A stretch of DNA of 64,000 bases, taken from positions 154,500 through 218,499 of the forward strand of contig CAWDQO010000006.1 in NCBI GenBank assembly GCA_963804525.1, given 5' to 3'. The notes beneath the pieces were generated by a model that saw nothing but the letters and a program-made list of their open reading frames with translations, made no database searches and was not told the DNA's origin. Positions 47,098 through 55,625 of this stretch are shown here, piece after piece. The stretch is from an uncultured Thermoplasmata archaeon (GTDB taxonomy: Archaea; Thermoplasmatota; Thermoplasmata; Lutacidiplasmatales; UBA184). Numbering within the stretch: the first letter of the stretch is position 1; every line of letters starts with the position of its first letter. The position numbers and the translations under genes were made by a program.

Positions 47098-49011
47098 TTA
47101 CAGCGTGATCCGTCTCTGCTCTTGCTCGGCCTTCTTCCGGCGCTCGCGGAACCAACTGCTGACCGGCCAGACGGCCACCGCCGCCCCGATCAGGCCGAAG
47201 ACCGCAGGAATCGTGATCGTCGTTTGCTGGACCCAGCTCGACTGCGCCACCGAGCCCGACGCGACGTAGAAGATCAGGTCGAACGGCGTAGTCGAACTGA
47301 CCGTGACCGTCGCCGTCTGGGACTGGCCGAACGCGTGGATCGTGACGACGTACGTTCCGTACGTCACCGCGAGGTAGCCGGTCCCCGCGAGCGGCGAGGG
47401 GGCCGCGAACCCGAGGGCGGTCCCCTGCCGGGTCTCGGCCCAGCTCGCATTCGCGAGGGTGAAGTTGAGGAAGGGCACGAGCTGGCCGGTCGATAGGTCG
47501 ACCGCCTCAAAGTAGAACAGCCCGTATCCCGGGGCGAGGGTGAACCCGCCCGGCCCGGCCTGGGGGAGCCCGGTCTCGGTGTACGTCCAGTTCCCCGAGG
47601 CGATCGGGGTGCCGAAGATGTCCTTCGCGATGATGTAGAACGACACGGTCCCGCCGGCGGGGAGGCCGGGGATGAGGGCGTACGAGGTGTTGTCGCCGAC
47701 CGGGATCATCGGGAGGACGGCGTTCGAGAATCCGGCGGCGTCGCTGTAGTGGACCCGGACCTGGGCTTTCCCGAACGTCACGTTCTCGGTCAACTCGTGG
47801 ATCGAGACGTTCACCGCCGTCCCGGAGGGAAGGGTCGTCTTTGTCCCGGTCGGGGCGAGGACGTTCGGCGTCGTCGAGATCTCGGCGTTCCGAATGAGCC
47901 CGTACGAGGGGTACCACCATCCCCCATCGGTGGTCCAGTGGAAGTTGTACGTGGGGCTCGTGATCTTGTCGATCTCGCCGCCCTTCCAGGGCAGGTATGC
48001 TTGGATGGAGAACGAGCCGTTCGACCCGGGCGCCGGGGGTACGGTGGCATTGGTCACCGTCGTGTTGAGGGGGGCGAACGCCACGCCATAGGTGGCGGAG
48101 GTGTCGTTCGTGAACTCCCGGATCGTCAGGAACGCCTTCGGGATCGTCTGGAGGGACCCGCCGACGACGGAGATCGACGTGAGGAAGATCTCGAGCGACT
48201 GGTTGCGATTCGGGTCAAAGATGTTCGGCGCGATGACCGACGGCGTAGTCGTCACCTGGATGTCGCTCGCGAACGTCGTCGATGCCCACGGGGGTTCGAC
48301 GTAGAACGCCCAGGTGTAGTTGTCGATCAGCCCCGAGTCGTTGTACTCGTAGCTGTACCCCTCGGAGGAGGAGTAGATCGTGCTGGGGGTCGCCTGCGCG
48401 GACTGGATGGTGATGTTGAAGTACACCGTCGAGCCGGGCAGGAGGTACCGGTAGAGGTCGAACCAGAACGTCGCGGTCGTCCGCGCCGGGGTCGCGATCG
48501 CCGCGCTGAAGTTTTCCGGCTGCAGCGGGTCGAACCCGGGGATGGCCGGGGGTGCCTGGGTGCCGTTCGGCCAGCTCGTTCCCCAGACCGTCACGACCGC
48601 GTTGACCATCTGGACGTTGGTCGTGATGTTCATGAAGAACCCGGTGAGGTCGGTCGGCAGGTCGTTCGTGCAGAGACCGGTGCTGAACCCGCCTCCGTCG
48701 AAGACGGGAGAACCTGGGACGTAGAAGCTGACCTCGACGTCGTCGAAGAATGCGAGGCTGCTCCAGTGCGGAGGGTTTTGCGGGGTCGGCTGCGAGCAGG
48801 TTTGGGCGCGGGCGTCGGGCTGGGCCGCTGGGGCAGCCACCGCCGGTGCGGCGGCCACGAACGGCGCGGCGGTCGCGTGCCCGCCCGGGGCGACGAGGGA
48901 CGTTGGCCCACGCACCGGCGCCGCGGACGTCTGGGCCATCAGGGGAGCGACGAGTAGCAACGCCACCGCGACGAGGACGAAGCCGACCGTGGCGGCGCGG
49001 ACGTTCGTCAC
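47098..49011 (-). CDS. surface glycoprotein candidate, family A (paralog of 49008..51155), C-terminal TM anchor
   Basis: GTG 49011 overlaps the upstream stop (GTGA). Signal or anchor VGFVLVAVALLLVAPLMA. 637 aa rich in N-x-S/T. C-terminal ITIPAVFGLIGAAVAVWPVSSWF plus RERRKKAEQEQRRITL. Confidence 0.7.
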   Translation of the reverse strand: MTNVRAATVGFVLVAVALLLVAPLMAQTSAAPVRGPTSLVAPGGHATAAPFVAAAPAVAAPAAQPDARAQTCSQPTPQNPPHWSSLAFFDDVEVSFYVPGSPVFDGGGFSTGLCTNDLPTDLTGFFMNITTNVQMVNAVVTVWGTSWPNGTQAPPAIPGFDPLQPENFSAAIATPARTTATFWFDLYRYLLPGSTVYFNITIQSAQATPSTIYSSSEGYSYEYNDSGLIDNYTWAFYVEPPWASTTFASDIQVTTTPSVIAPNIFDPNRNQSLEIFLTSISVVGGSLQTIPKAFLTIREFTNDTSATYGVAFAPLNTTVTNATVPPAPGSNGSFSIQAYLPWKGGEIDKITSPTYNFHWTTDGGWWYPSYGLIRNAEISTTPNVLAPTGTKTTLPSGTAVNVSIHELTENVTFGKAQVRVHYSDAAGFSNAVLPMIPVGDNTSYALIPGLPAGGTVSFYIIAKDIFGTPIASGNWTYTETGLPQAGPGGFTLAPGYGLFYFEAVDLSTGQLVPFLNFTLANASWAETRQGTALGFAAPSPLAGTGYLAVTYGTYVVTIHAFGQSQTATVTVSSTTPFDLIFYVASGSVAQSSWVQQTTITIPAVFGLIGAAVAVWPVSSWFRERRKKAEQEQRRITL

Positions 49012-51155
49012 AGCGTCACCCGCTTCTCTTCTTCCTTGCGGCGCATCCGGATGTGGCGCCACCACATGTAGAGCGGAATCGCCGTCCCGATGGTCGCGAG
49101 CGAGGCGATCAGGGTCGCGAGCGGGAGGTCGCCCGTCCCGGGCGACGGGACCGAGGGCGAGATGGTCGGCGGGGGGGCGGTCTGGTTGAGGTAGAAGAGG
49201 AGCGCGTTCCCCTCCTGCACGACATAGTAGTTGTTCCCCGCAACCAGGGTCTGGCGCGTCGTCAACGAATGCGTCGCATAGACGGTCGCGTTGAGGGGCA
49301 CGCCGTTCGCGAATCCCGGGTCGACGACCGACACCATGTACGATTCGTTCGCCGCCAGAAGGAGCGGGAAATACTCCTGCTGCGAGGCGTTCGGGTACGC
49401 GACGCCGAACACGGTGTAGCCCAACGAGTTGAAGAACCCGCGCGGTCCGAGGACCTGCACCGACGCGTTCGACACCCAGTCGTGCGTTCCATTGTCGTAG
49501 ACGAAGACGTAGAAGAATGACGCATTCCCCGGCACGAACGGGATCGTCGCCGCGAACGACGGAGTCAGGTACGAGAACTCGGGGGAGATCAGCTGGTGCT
49601 GGTCGAAGTCCCAGGCATCGATCGTGAAGTTCACGAACGACCCGACGGGAAGGCCGGGAAGCGTCCCGACGAAGATCGTCGAACTCACCCGCACCATCGG
49701 GACGTCGGTGACGACCCGCTCCCCAATCGCGGGGTAGCTGAAGTACTCGACGATCTCGGCCGCGTTGATCGCCGTTCCCGGATTCAGGCTCGTCGCCGTG
49801 ATGTTGACGTCCTGCCCGGGGTTGACCGAAACGCTGACGCCAGCGGCGGCGGCGACGGCGGCCGGGGAGGAGGTCACCCCGATGTCATCGGTGAAGGTTC
49901 CGGAGAGGAACGACCCGTTCCCGCCGACGGTGTAGGTGTAGTAGGGGGTCTGGATCTGGTCGCCGGCGATGTCGGACGCGACGATCTGGTAGGAGACCAC
50001 CGCCCCGGCGACCTGCGCGTACTGAGGTCCGATCACGTACGATGTCGTGACCGCTCCCACCGAGCCGTTGCCGCTGGTCGGGAAGGAGAAGGCGGTGTCG
50101 TAGAGCGTGACCGAGTTGTCGGTCTCGAGGAAGCGGAGCTGGGCCGACCCGATCGTCGCATTCGTCGGCGACCCGTCCTGCAGCGTGGTGTTCACCACGA
50201 CGGTCACCGAGTCGTTCCAGTTCGGCGCGAGCGGGTGGACCGACGGGGTGATGTCGTTGAACGTGGCGTTCGGGCCGTCGGACTGCGGGATCCCGGGGTA
50301 CGGCGAGAACGGCCACGCCTGCCCGTAGGTGAACTGGAACTTCGGCCCGAGGAAGTGGGTGAAGTCGTTCCCGCTTCCGGTCGTCAGCTCGACCCACCAG
50401 GTGAGGGTCTCGCCGGCGAAGAAGTTCTGGGTCCCGGTGCTCGAATTCGCCGCGATATCGAGGTTGTACCAGTAGGGGTACGAGGGGTCCTGGGTATGGA
50501 ACACCGGCCCCGACCACCAGGTGTCGTTGTCCGCATGCCAGACGGTCCCGTCGTCCGGGGTCTGGTACGTGTCTCCGTTCCAGAGGAGGCCCGTGACGTT
50601 GAGCGCGATCGGGCTCTCGGGCCCGTACTTCGGGGAGTCCGTGGGCGTGATCTGGTAGCGGGACTTGAGGTCGAGTTGCAGGTCGGTCCTCGGGGTGGGC
50701 TCGACCGGTGCGAAGTACCCGCCGGCGGCGGGCACGATGTTCGGCTCGTACGAATCGGCGATGGAGATGCACACCGTCGTGTTGATCTTCGCGCAGTTCG
50801 GATTGAACGAGGTGTTGTTGGCGGCGGCGAGGGAGGCCGGTCGGGCGGACGCCGCCGGGACCGCGGGATGGAGCGCAGCGGAGGGACCGACCGCTGACGG
50901 AGGAACCGCCGCCGGGCCCGCCCCGCCGGCGGCACCGGCGGTTGCGCTCGAGAGCCCGCTCGCGACCAGAACGACCAGGACAGCGACGGCGCCGAGCGCG
51001 ACGAGGCGCGGGGTCCACGTTCGGCGGGGGCGGGGGTGCTGCGATCCGGACGACCGGTCCACGGGCGTTCCACTCCTAACGGACTTTCTGGCGCGCGGGC
51101 CATCGACGGACCGCGCTGGGACGAGAGCAGTCGACACTCGAGGGGGTGGTCCCAT
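49008..51155 (-). CDS. surface glycoprotein candidate, family A, C-terminal TM anchor
   Basis: Up to 715 aa. Signal or anchor LVALGAVAVLVVLVASG. C-terminal LATLIASLATIGTAIPLYMWW plus RHIRMRRKEEEKRVTL. The start may be GTG 51137 or GTG 51062 rather than ATG 51155, because the TATA-like element is only about 11 nt from 51155. Confidence 0.7.
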   Translation of the reverse strand: MGPPPRVSTALVPARSVDGPRARKSVRSGTPVDRSSGSQHPRPRRTWTPRLVALGAVAVLVVLVASGLSSATAGAAGGAGPAAVPPSAVGPSAALHPAVPAASARPASLAAANNTSFNPNCAKINTTVCISIADSYEPNIVPAAGGYFAPVEPTPRTDLQLDLKSRYQITPTDSPKYGPESPIALNVTGLLWNGDTYQTPDDGTVWHADNDTWWSGPVFHTQDPSYPYWYNLDIAANSSTGTQNFFAGETLTWWVELTTGSGNDFTHFLGPKFQFTYGQAWPFSPYPGIPQSDGPNATFNDITPSVHPLAPNWNDSVTVVVNTTLQDGSPTNATIGSAQLRFLETDNSVTLYDTAFSFPTSGNGSVGAVTTSYVIGPQYAQVAGAVVSYQIVASDIAGDQIQTPYYTYTVGGNGSFLSGTFTDDIGVTSSPAAVAAAAGVSVSVNPGQDVNITATSLNPGTAINAAEIVEYFSYPAIGERVVTDVPMVRVSSTIFVGTLPGLPVGSFVNFTIDAWDFDQHQLISPEFSYLTPSFAATIPFVPGNASFFYVFVYDNGTHDWVSNASVQVLGPRGFFNSLGYTVFGVAYPNASQQEYFPLLLAANESYMVSVVDPGFANGVPLNATVYATHSLTTRQTLVAGNNYYVVQEGNALLFYLNQTAPPPTISPSVPSPGTGDLPLATLIASLATIGTAIPLYMWWRHIRMRRKEEEKRVTL

Positions 51156-51160
51156 ACATG

Positions 51161-51172
51161 GCTAAAAACCTC
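51161..51172 (-). promoter_or_regulatory. TATA-like element for the 49008..51155 transcription unit
   Basis: The minus strand reads GAGGTTTTTAGC, an A/T island in the 160-nt gap after the duplicated genes. Confidence 0.35.
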
Positions 51173-51318
51173 TAGCCTGTCCGAGGACGTCGAACGCGCG
51201 CGCGTAGAGCCCGGGCGTCGGCGGGACCCGGGCGGGCGACCGCCCGAGGGAGGGAGCAACGCCCTCTCCGTGGAACGTGGCCAGCTCGCCCATGACTCCT
51301 CCCGACGGATCGGTCGGC

Positions 51319-53425
51319 TCACCCGAACGAGCCGACCCCGCCGCCCTTCTTGGCGCTCGCCGCATCGAACTTCGACCCCATCGGGCCGGACTTCGCCGCG
51401 ACCCGCATGGCCACCGGCTTGTTCTTCATCTGGACCCGCACGAACCCCGCGCCCAGGAAGCCGGCCGCGGCCGCCTGCAGCGAGATGTTCGCGACCCCCA
51501 CGTTGTTCCCGATCCCGATCTGCTGGACCACCGGAAGTGGCGCCGGCGCCGCGATCGCGAACGGCGGAGGCACCGGGGGCGGCGGCGGCGGGGCGACCCC
51601 CGCCGGGCCAAGACCCGGGGTCAGCTCGACGTTCAGGTTCGCGAGCGGGAACGACTCGGTCACGAGCGAGTTGTTCGTGTACGGCACGAACGTCGCCGCC
51701 GAGTAGAGGCTATCGACCGCCGTGCTGCCGCCCGCGTGGCATTGCGCGGTCGTGCACGCGTCGACCGGCACCGTCCGGAACGGTCCGCCGACCGCGATCA
51801 CGTTGAACGATGCGGTCCACGTGTCCCCCACGAACATCTGGTTCTGCGACGCGTTCGAGCTCCAGTTCCACCCGAGGAACTTCACTCCGCCGACGTTGTA
51901 CTCGACCGGGGTCCCGCATCCCTTCAGGTCGAGTCCCGCCCGCTGGCACTGCTCCGACGGGTCGAGGATCGAGGCGTTCGCCATCGCGATGTTCCCGAAC
52001 GGAACGAACGTGAAGAGCGGCCGGTTCGACCCGGCGGCGACCTGCGTCTCCAGGATCGGCCCGAACCCGACCTCCCGGAACGCTTCCAAGAGGGTCGGAT
52101 TGTTCAGGTTCGGTTTCGTCGCCGGACCGTGCGGCACATACTGCAACGTCCCGGTCTGGCCGTTCGGACACGTGAAGAACGAAGGACCGTCCCACGTCCC
52201 GCCCGTCGCCGCCGCCATGTCGCATCCCGCGAGGAGCACGTGCTCGACATCGTTCACGACCGCCGAACCGCCCGGTCCGCCGTTCGTCCGGCCCGCGGGC
52301 CATCCCTCCGATAGCGGGTCGGTCGAGGTCGTCCAGAGGTCGATCATGTCCACCGTGCAGACACCCCCGATCGAGTCGGTGCACGTCGGGGAGGTCTTCG
52401 TGAGCCGGGCGATCGAGTCGTTGATGTTCCCGTCCTGGCTCCGGACCCATCCCTCGCAGTTGGGGCTGCTGCCGTCGAGGAACGTGTACGAGGGCTCGCA
52501 GGTCGGCGTCTCGCTGCAGCCGGGGTCGCCGGAGTAGTCAGAGGCGCTGACGCAGTAGTTCTCGATGTAGTTCGGGTCCCGGGGCGCGGTCGACCCCATC
52601 CAGACGATGACGTGGTGGGTCGCCTCCGACCACGTGAGGCCGCTCCCGATGATCGTCCCGTAGAGGGCCGTGATCGAGCGAGGAGTGGAGGATGTTGTCC
52701 GAGAAGTCGGAGTCGGGATACACGTACCCGCCCCCGAGGACCTCCGCCTGGAACGTGGAGGTCACCGCCGAGCCGAAGTCCTGCGACGGGACGAACTGCT
52801 GGATGTCCACGTGGTACTCCGAGCCGTCCCCGTCGTCGAACTTGTCCTTCGTCGCGAAGTAGTCGACCATGGCGAACGAGACGTGCGAGTGGGGGTTCGC
52901 CTCCGAGATCGCGTTCGCGATGTCCTGGGCGTGCGCCACGAAGAACGGCACGCCGTTCGACTCCTCGCACGCGGTGGTGCCGGTGATGGCGGCGCACGGG
53001 TCGGATCCGGGGTCGTCCGGAGTGGGGTCGTAGACGCCGTCGTAGAGGGTCGTCTCGATGACGAACGCGACCTGGACGTTCGGCCACGCGAGGTGGCCGG
53101 AGCTGTCGGCATCGGCGGACAGGGTGACACGGGAGATGCCGGTCCCCGCGGAGCAGCCCGACTCATCGTAGGCGCAGATCGCCCCCGGGGTGTCGGAGAT
53201 CCCGAGCGTGAGCGCCCCGAACGTCGAGGAGGGGGCCGGGGTGGCCGAGACCGACGCGCCCGAGGCAGGTCCCTCGTGGGACGCCATCCCCGCGACGGCG
53301 ACCGTGGTGGCCGACCCGGGGATGTACGAGAACGTGACGAGGGCGAGCGACCGCCGCCCGCGGCTCGTCGGCGAGGCTACGACCCGCTCGGCCGCCCCGC
53401 TCGGCTTCGGGGTCCGGTCGCTCAT
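51319..53425 (-). pseudogene. Cys-rich secreted protein, family B, copy A (tandem duplicate; frameshifted and with shortened signal sequence)
   Basis: ORFs 52538..53530 (from ATG 53425, MSDRTPKPSG) and 51319..52599 together equal copy B. The frame is lost at 52676-52678 (GAG in place of AT in copy B, SSLDHGP.. versus SSMITALYG). The hydrophobic core AGTLVLLAL of the copy-B signal or anchor is absent (RSLALVTFSYIPGS). Confidence 0.65.
51331..52675 (-). repeat. near-identical 1.34-kb segment of a 2165-bp tandem direct duplication (copy A)
   Basis: Same sequence as 53496-54840 at a constant offset of 2165 nt. The translated ORFs in all frames are identical except for 2-3 single-residue differences (for example EYNVGG versus ESNVGG). 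Confidence 0.9.
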
Positions 53426-53483
53426 GCCGTTTCCCCCGCGGGCGGGCGGGTCATGGACCCCCGGTCCTAACGATTCGGTCAGC

Positions 53484-55625
53484 TCACTCGAAGTGGCCGA
53501 CCCCGCCGCCCTTCTTGGCGCTCGCCGCATCGAACTTCGACCCCATCGGGCCGGACTTCGCCGCGACCCGCATGGCCACCGGCTTGTTCTTCATCTGGAC
53601 CCGCACGAACCCCGCGCCCAGGAAGCCGGCCGCGGCCGCCTGCAGCGAGATGTTCGCGACCCCCACGTTGTTCCCGATCCCGATCTGCTGGACCACCGGA
53701 AGTGGCGCCGGCGCCGCGATCGCGAACGGCGGAGGCACCGGGGGCGGCGGCGGCGGGGCGACCCCCGCCGGGCCAAGACCCGGGGTCAGCTCGACGTTCA
53801 GGTTCGCGAGCGGGAACGACTCGGTCACGAGCGAGTTGTTCGTGTACGGCACGAACGTCGCCGCCGAGTAGAGGCTATCGACCGCCGTGCTGCCGCCCGC
53901 GTGGCATTGCGCGGTCGTGCACGCGTCGACCGGCACCGTCCGGAACGGTCCGCCGACCGCGATCACGTTGAACGACGCGGTCCACGTGTCCCCCACGAAC
54001 ATCTGGTTCTGCGACGCGTTCGAGCTCCAGTTCCACCCGAGGAACTTCACTCCGCCGACGTTGGACTCGACCGGGGTCCCGCATCCCTTCAGGTCGAGTC
54101 CCGCCCGCTGGCACTGCTCCGACGGGTCGAGGATCGAGGCGTTCGCCATCGCGATGTTCCCGAACGGAACGAACGTGAAGAGCGGCCGGTTCGACCCGGC
54201 GGCGACCTGCGTCTCCAGGATCGGCCCGAACCCGACCTCCCGGAACGCTTCCAAGAGGGTCGGATTGTTCAGGTTCGGTTTCGTCGCCGGACCGTGCGGC
54301 ACATACTGCAACGTCCCGGTCTGGCCGTTCGGACACGTGAAGAACGAAGGACCGTCCCACGTCCCGCCCGTCGCCGCCGCCATGTCGCATCCCGCGAGGA
54401 GCACGTGCTCGACATCGTTCACGACCGCCGAACCGCCCGGTCCGCCGTTCGTCCGGCCCGCGGGCCATCCCTCCGATAGCGGGTCGGTCGAGGTCGTCCA
54501 GAGGTCGATCATGTCCACCGTGCAGACACCCCCGATCGAGTCGGTGCACGTCGGGGAGGTCTTCGTGAGCCGGGCGATCGAGTCGTTGATGTTCCCGTCC
54601 TGGCTCCGGACCCATCCCTCGCAGTTGGGGCTGCTGCCGTCGAGGAACGTGTACGAGGGCTCGCAGGTCGGCGTCTCGCTGCAGCCGGGGTCGCCGGAGT
54701 AGTCAGAGGCGCTGACGCAGTAGTTCTCGATGTAGTTCGGGTCCCGGGGCGCGGTCGACCCCATCCAGACGATGACGTGGTGGGTCGCCTCCGACCACGT
54801 GAGGCCGCTCCCGATGATCGTCCCGTAGAGGGCCGTGATCATCGAGGAGTGGAGGATGTTGTCGGAGAAGTCCGAGTCCCCGTAGACGTAGCCGCCCCCG
54901 AGGACCTCCGCCTGGAACGTGGAGGTCACCGCCGAGCCGAAGTCCTGCGACGGGACGAACTGCTGGATGTCCACGTGGTACTCCGAGCCGTCCCCGTCGT
55001 CGAACTTGTCCTTCGTCGCGAAGTAGTCGACCATGGCGAACGAGACGTGCGAGTGGGGGTTCGCCTCCGAGATCGCGTTCGCGATGTCCTGGGCGTGCGC
55101 TACGAAGAACGGCACGCCGTTCGATTCCTCGCACGGGACACCCGCACTGCCGGCGGCGCACTTGTCCGAGCCCGGGTCCCCCGCGCTCGGGTCGTAGACC
55201 CCATCGTAGGCGGTCGTCTCGATGACGAACGCGACCTGGACGTTGGGCCACGCGAGGTAGCCGGAACCGTCCGCATCGGCAGAGAGGGTGACGCGGGAGA
55301 TGCCGGTCCCCGCGGCGCAACTCGATTCCTGGTAGGCGCAGATCGAGCCCGGGCTGTCGGAGATCCCGAGCGTGAGCGCCCCAAACGTCGAGGAGTCGGC
55401 CGGGGCGGCCGCGACCGACACGCCCGAGGTGAGTCCGTCGTGGGACGCCGTAGTCGCCATCCCCGCGACCGCGACCGTGGTGGCCGACCCGGGGATGTAC
55501 GAGAACGTCACGAGGGCGAGGAGGACGAGCGTCCCGGCGAGGGCGAGCGACCGGGTCCAGCGGCTGGTCGGCGACGCCACGATCGGTTCGGCCCCTGCGT
55601 TCCGGTTGCGCTTCTCTTCGCTCAT
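53484..55625 (-). CDS. Cys-rich secreted protein, family B, copy B (intact); possible weak vWA-like N-domain, Pro-rich linker, hydrophobic/basic C-tail
   Basis: ATG 55625 overlaps the stop of the giant gene (ATGA). 713 aa. Signal or anchor SLALAGTLVLLALVTFSYIPGS. Alternating strand/helix blocks VAFVIETTAYDG, VSFAMVDYF and HHVIVWMGSTAPRD hint at a Rossmann/vWA-like fold without a clear DxSxS MIDAS. There are about 20 Cys, then PPPPPPVPPP, then LQAAAAGFLGAGFVRVQMKNKPVAMRVAAK. Confidence 0.75.
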   Translation of the reverse strand: MSEEKRNRNAGAEPIVASPTSRWTRSLALAGTLVLLALVTFSYIPGSATTVAVAGMATTASHDGLTSGVSVAAAPADSSTFGALTLGISDSPGSICAYQESSCAAGTGISRVTLSADADGSGYLAWPNVQVAFVIETTAYDGVYDPSAGDPGSDKCAAGSAGVPCEESNGVPFFVAHAQDIANAISEANPHSHVSFAMVDYFATKDKFDDGDGSEYHVDIQQFVPSQDFGSAVTSTFQAEVLGGGYVYGDSDFSDNILHSSMITALYGTIIGSGLTWSEATHHVIVWMGSTAPRDPNYIENYCVSASDYSGDPGCSETPTCEPSYTFLDGSSPNCEGWVRSQDGNINDSIARLTKTSPTCTDSIGGVCTVDMIDLWTTSTDPLSEGWPAGRTNGGPGGSAVVNDVEHVLLAGCDMAAATGGTWDGPSFFTCPNGQTGTLQYVPHGPATKPNLNNPTLLEAFREVGFGPILETQVAAGSNRPLFTFVPFGNIAMANASILDPSEQCQRAGLDLKGCGTPVESNVGGVKFLGWNWSSNASQNQMFVGDTWTASFNVIAVGGPFRTVPVDACTTAQCHAGGSTAVDSLYSAATFVPYTNNSLVTESFPLANLNVELTPGLGPAGVAPPPPPPVPPPFAIAAPAPLPVVQQIGIGNNVGVANISLQAAAAGFLGAGFVRVQMKNKPVAMRVAAKSGPMGSKFDAASAKKGGGVGHFE
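53496..54840 (-). repeat. near-identical 1.34-kb segment of a 2165-bp tandem direct duplication (copy B)
   Basis: See 51331-52675. Similarity continues at lower identity to about 55600 versus about 53400. Confidence 0.9.

Noticed and set aside
42935-47155. Single 1406-aa ORF taken at face value, including a 160-aa C-terminal extension and a 26-aa N-terminal extension
   Set aside because: The C-terminal extension is R/S/G/P-rich and lies across a well-formed 2-TM gene in another frame (42990..43331). The N-terminal extension overlaps the end of the upstream gene. An internal stretch (QVLGRERRCPRGRHVRRVLG..) is also non-protein-like, whereas the alternative frame is a TM segment.
51319-55625. 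The tandem duplicate as a mobile element or insertion sequence
   Set aside because: There is no transposase or integrase, and there are no terminal inverted repeats or target-site duplications. The repeat unit is simply a surface-protein gene with its spacer.
53484-55625. Confident vWA/MIDAS assignment for family-B proteins, pairing them functionally with the AAA ATPase as in MoxR-vWA systems
   Set aside because: Only a vague alternation of strand- and helix-like blocks supports it. The DxSxS MIDAS motif is absent (VAFVIETT). The protein is predicted to be extracytoplasmic, while the AAA modules are cytoplasmic. I kept it only as a weak note.
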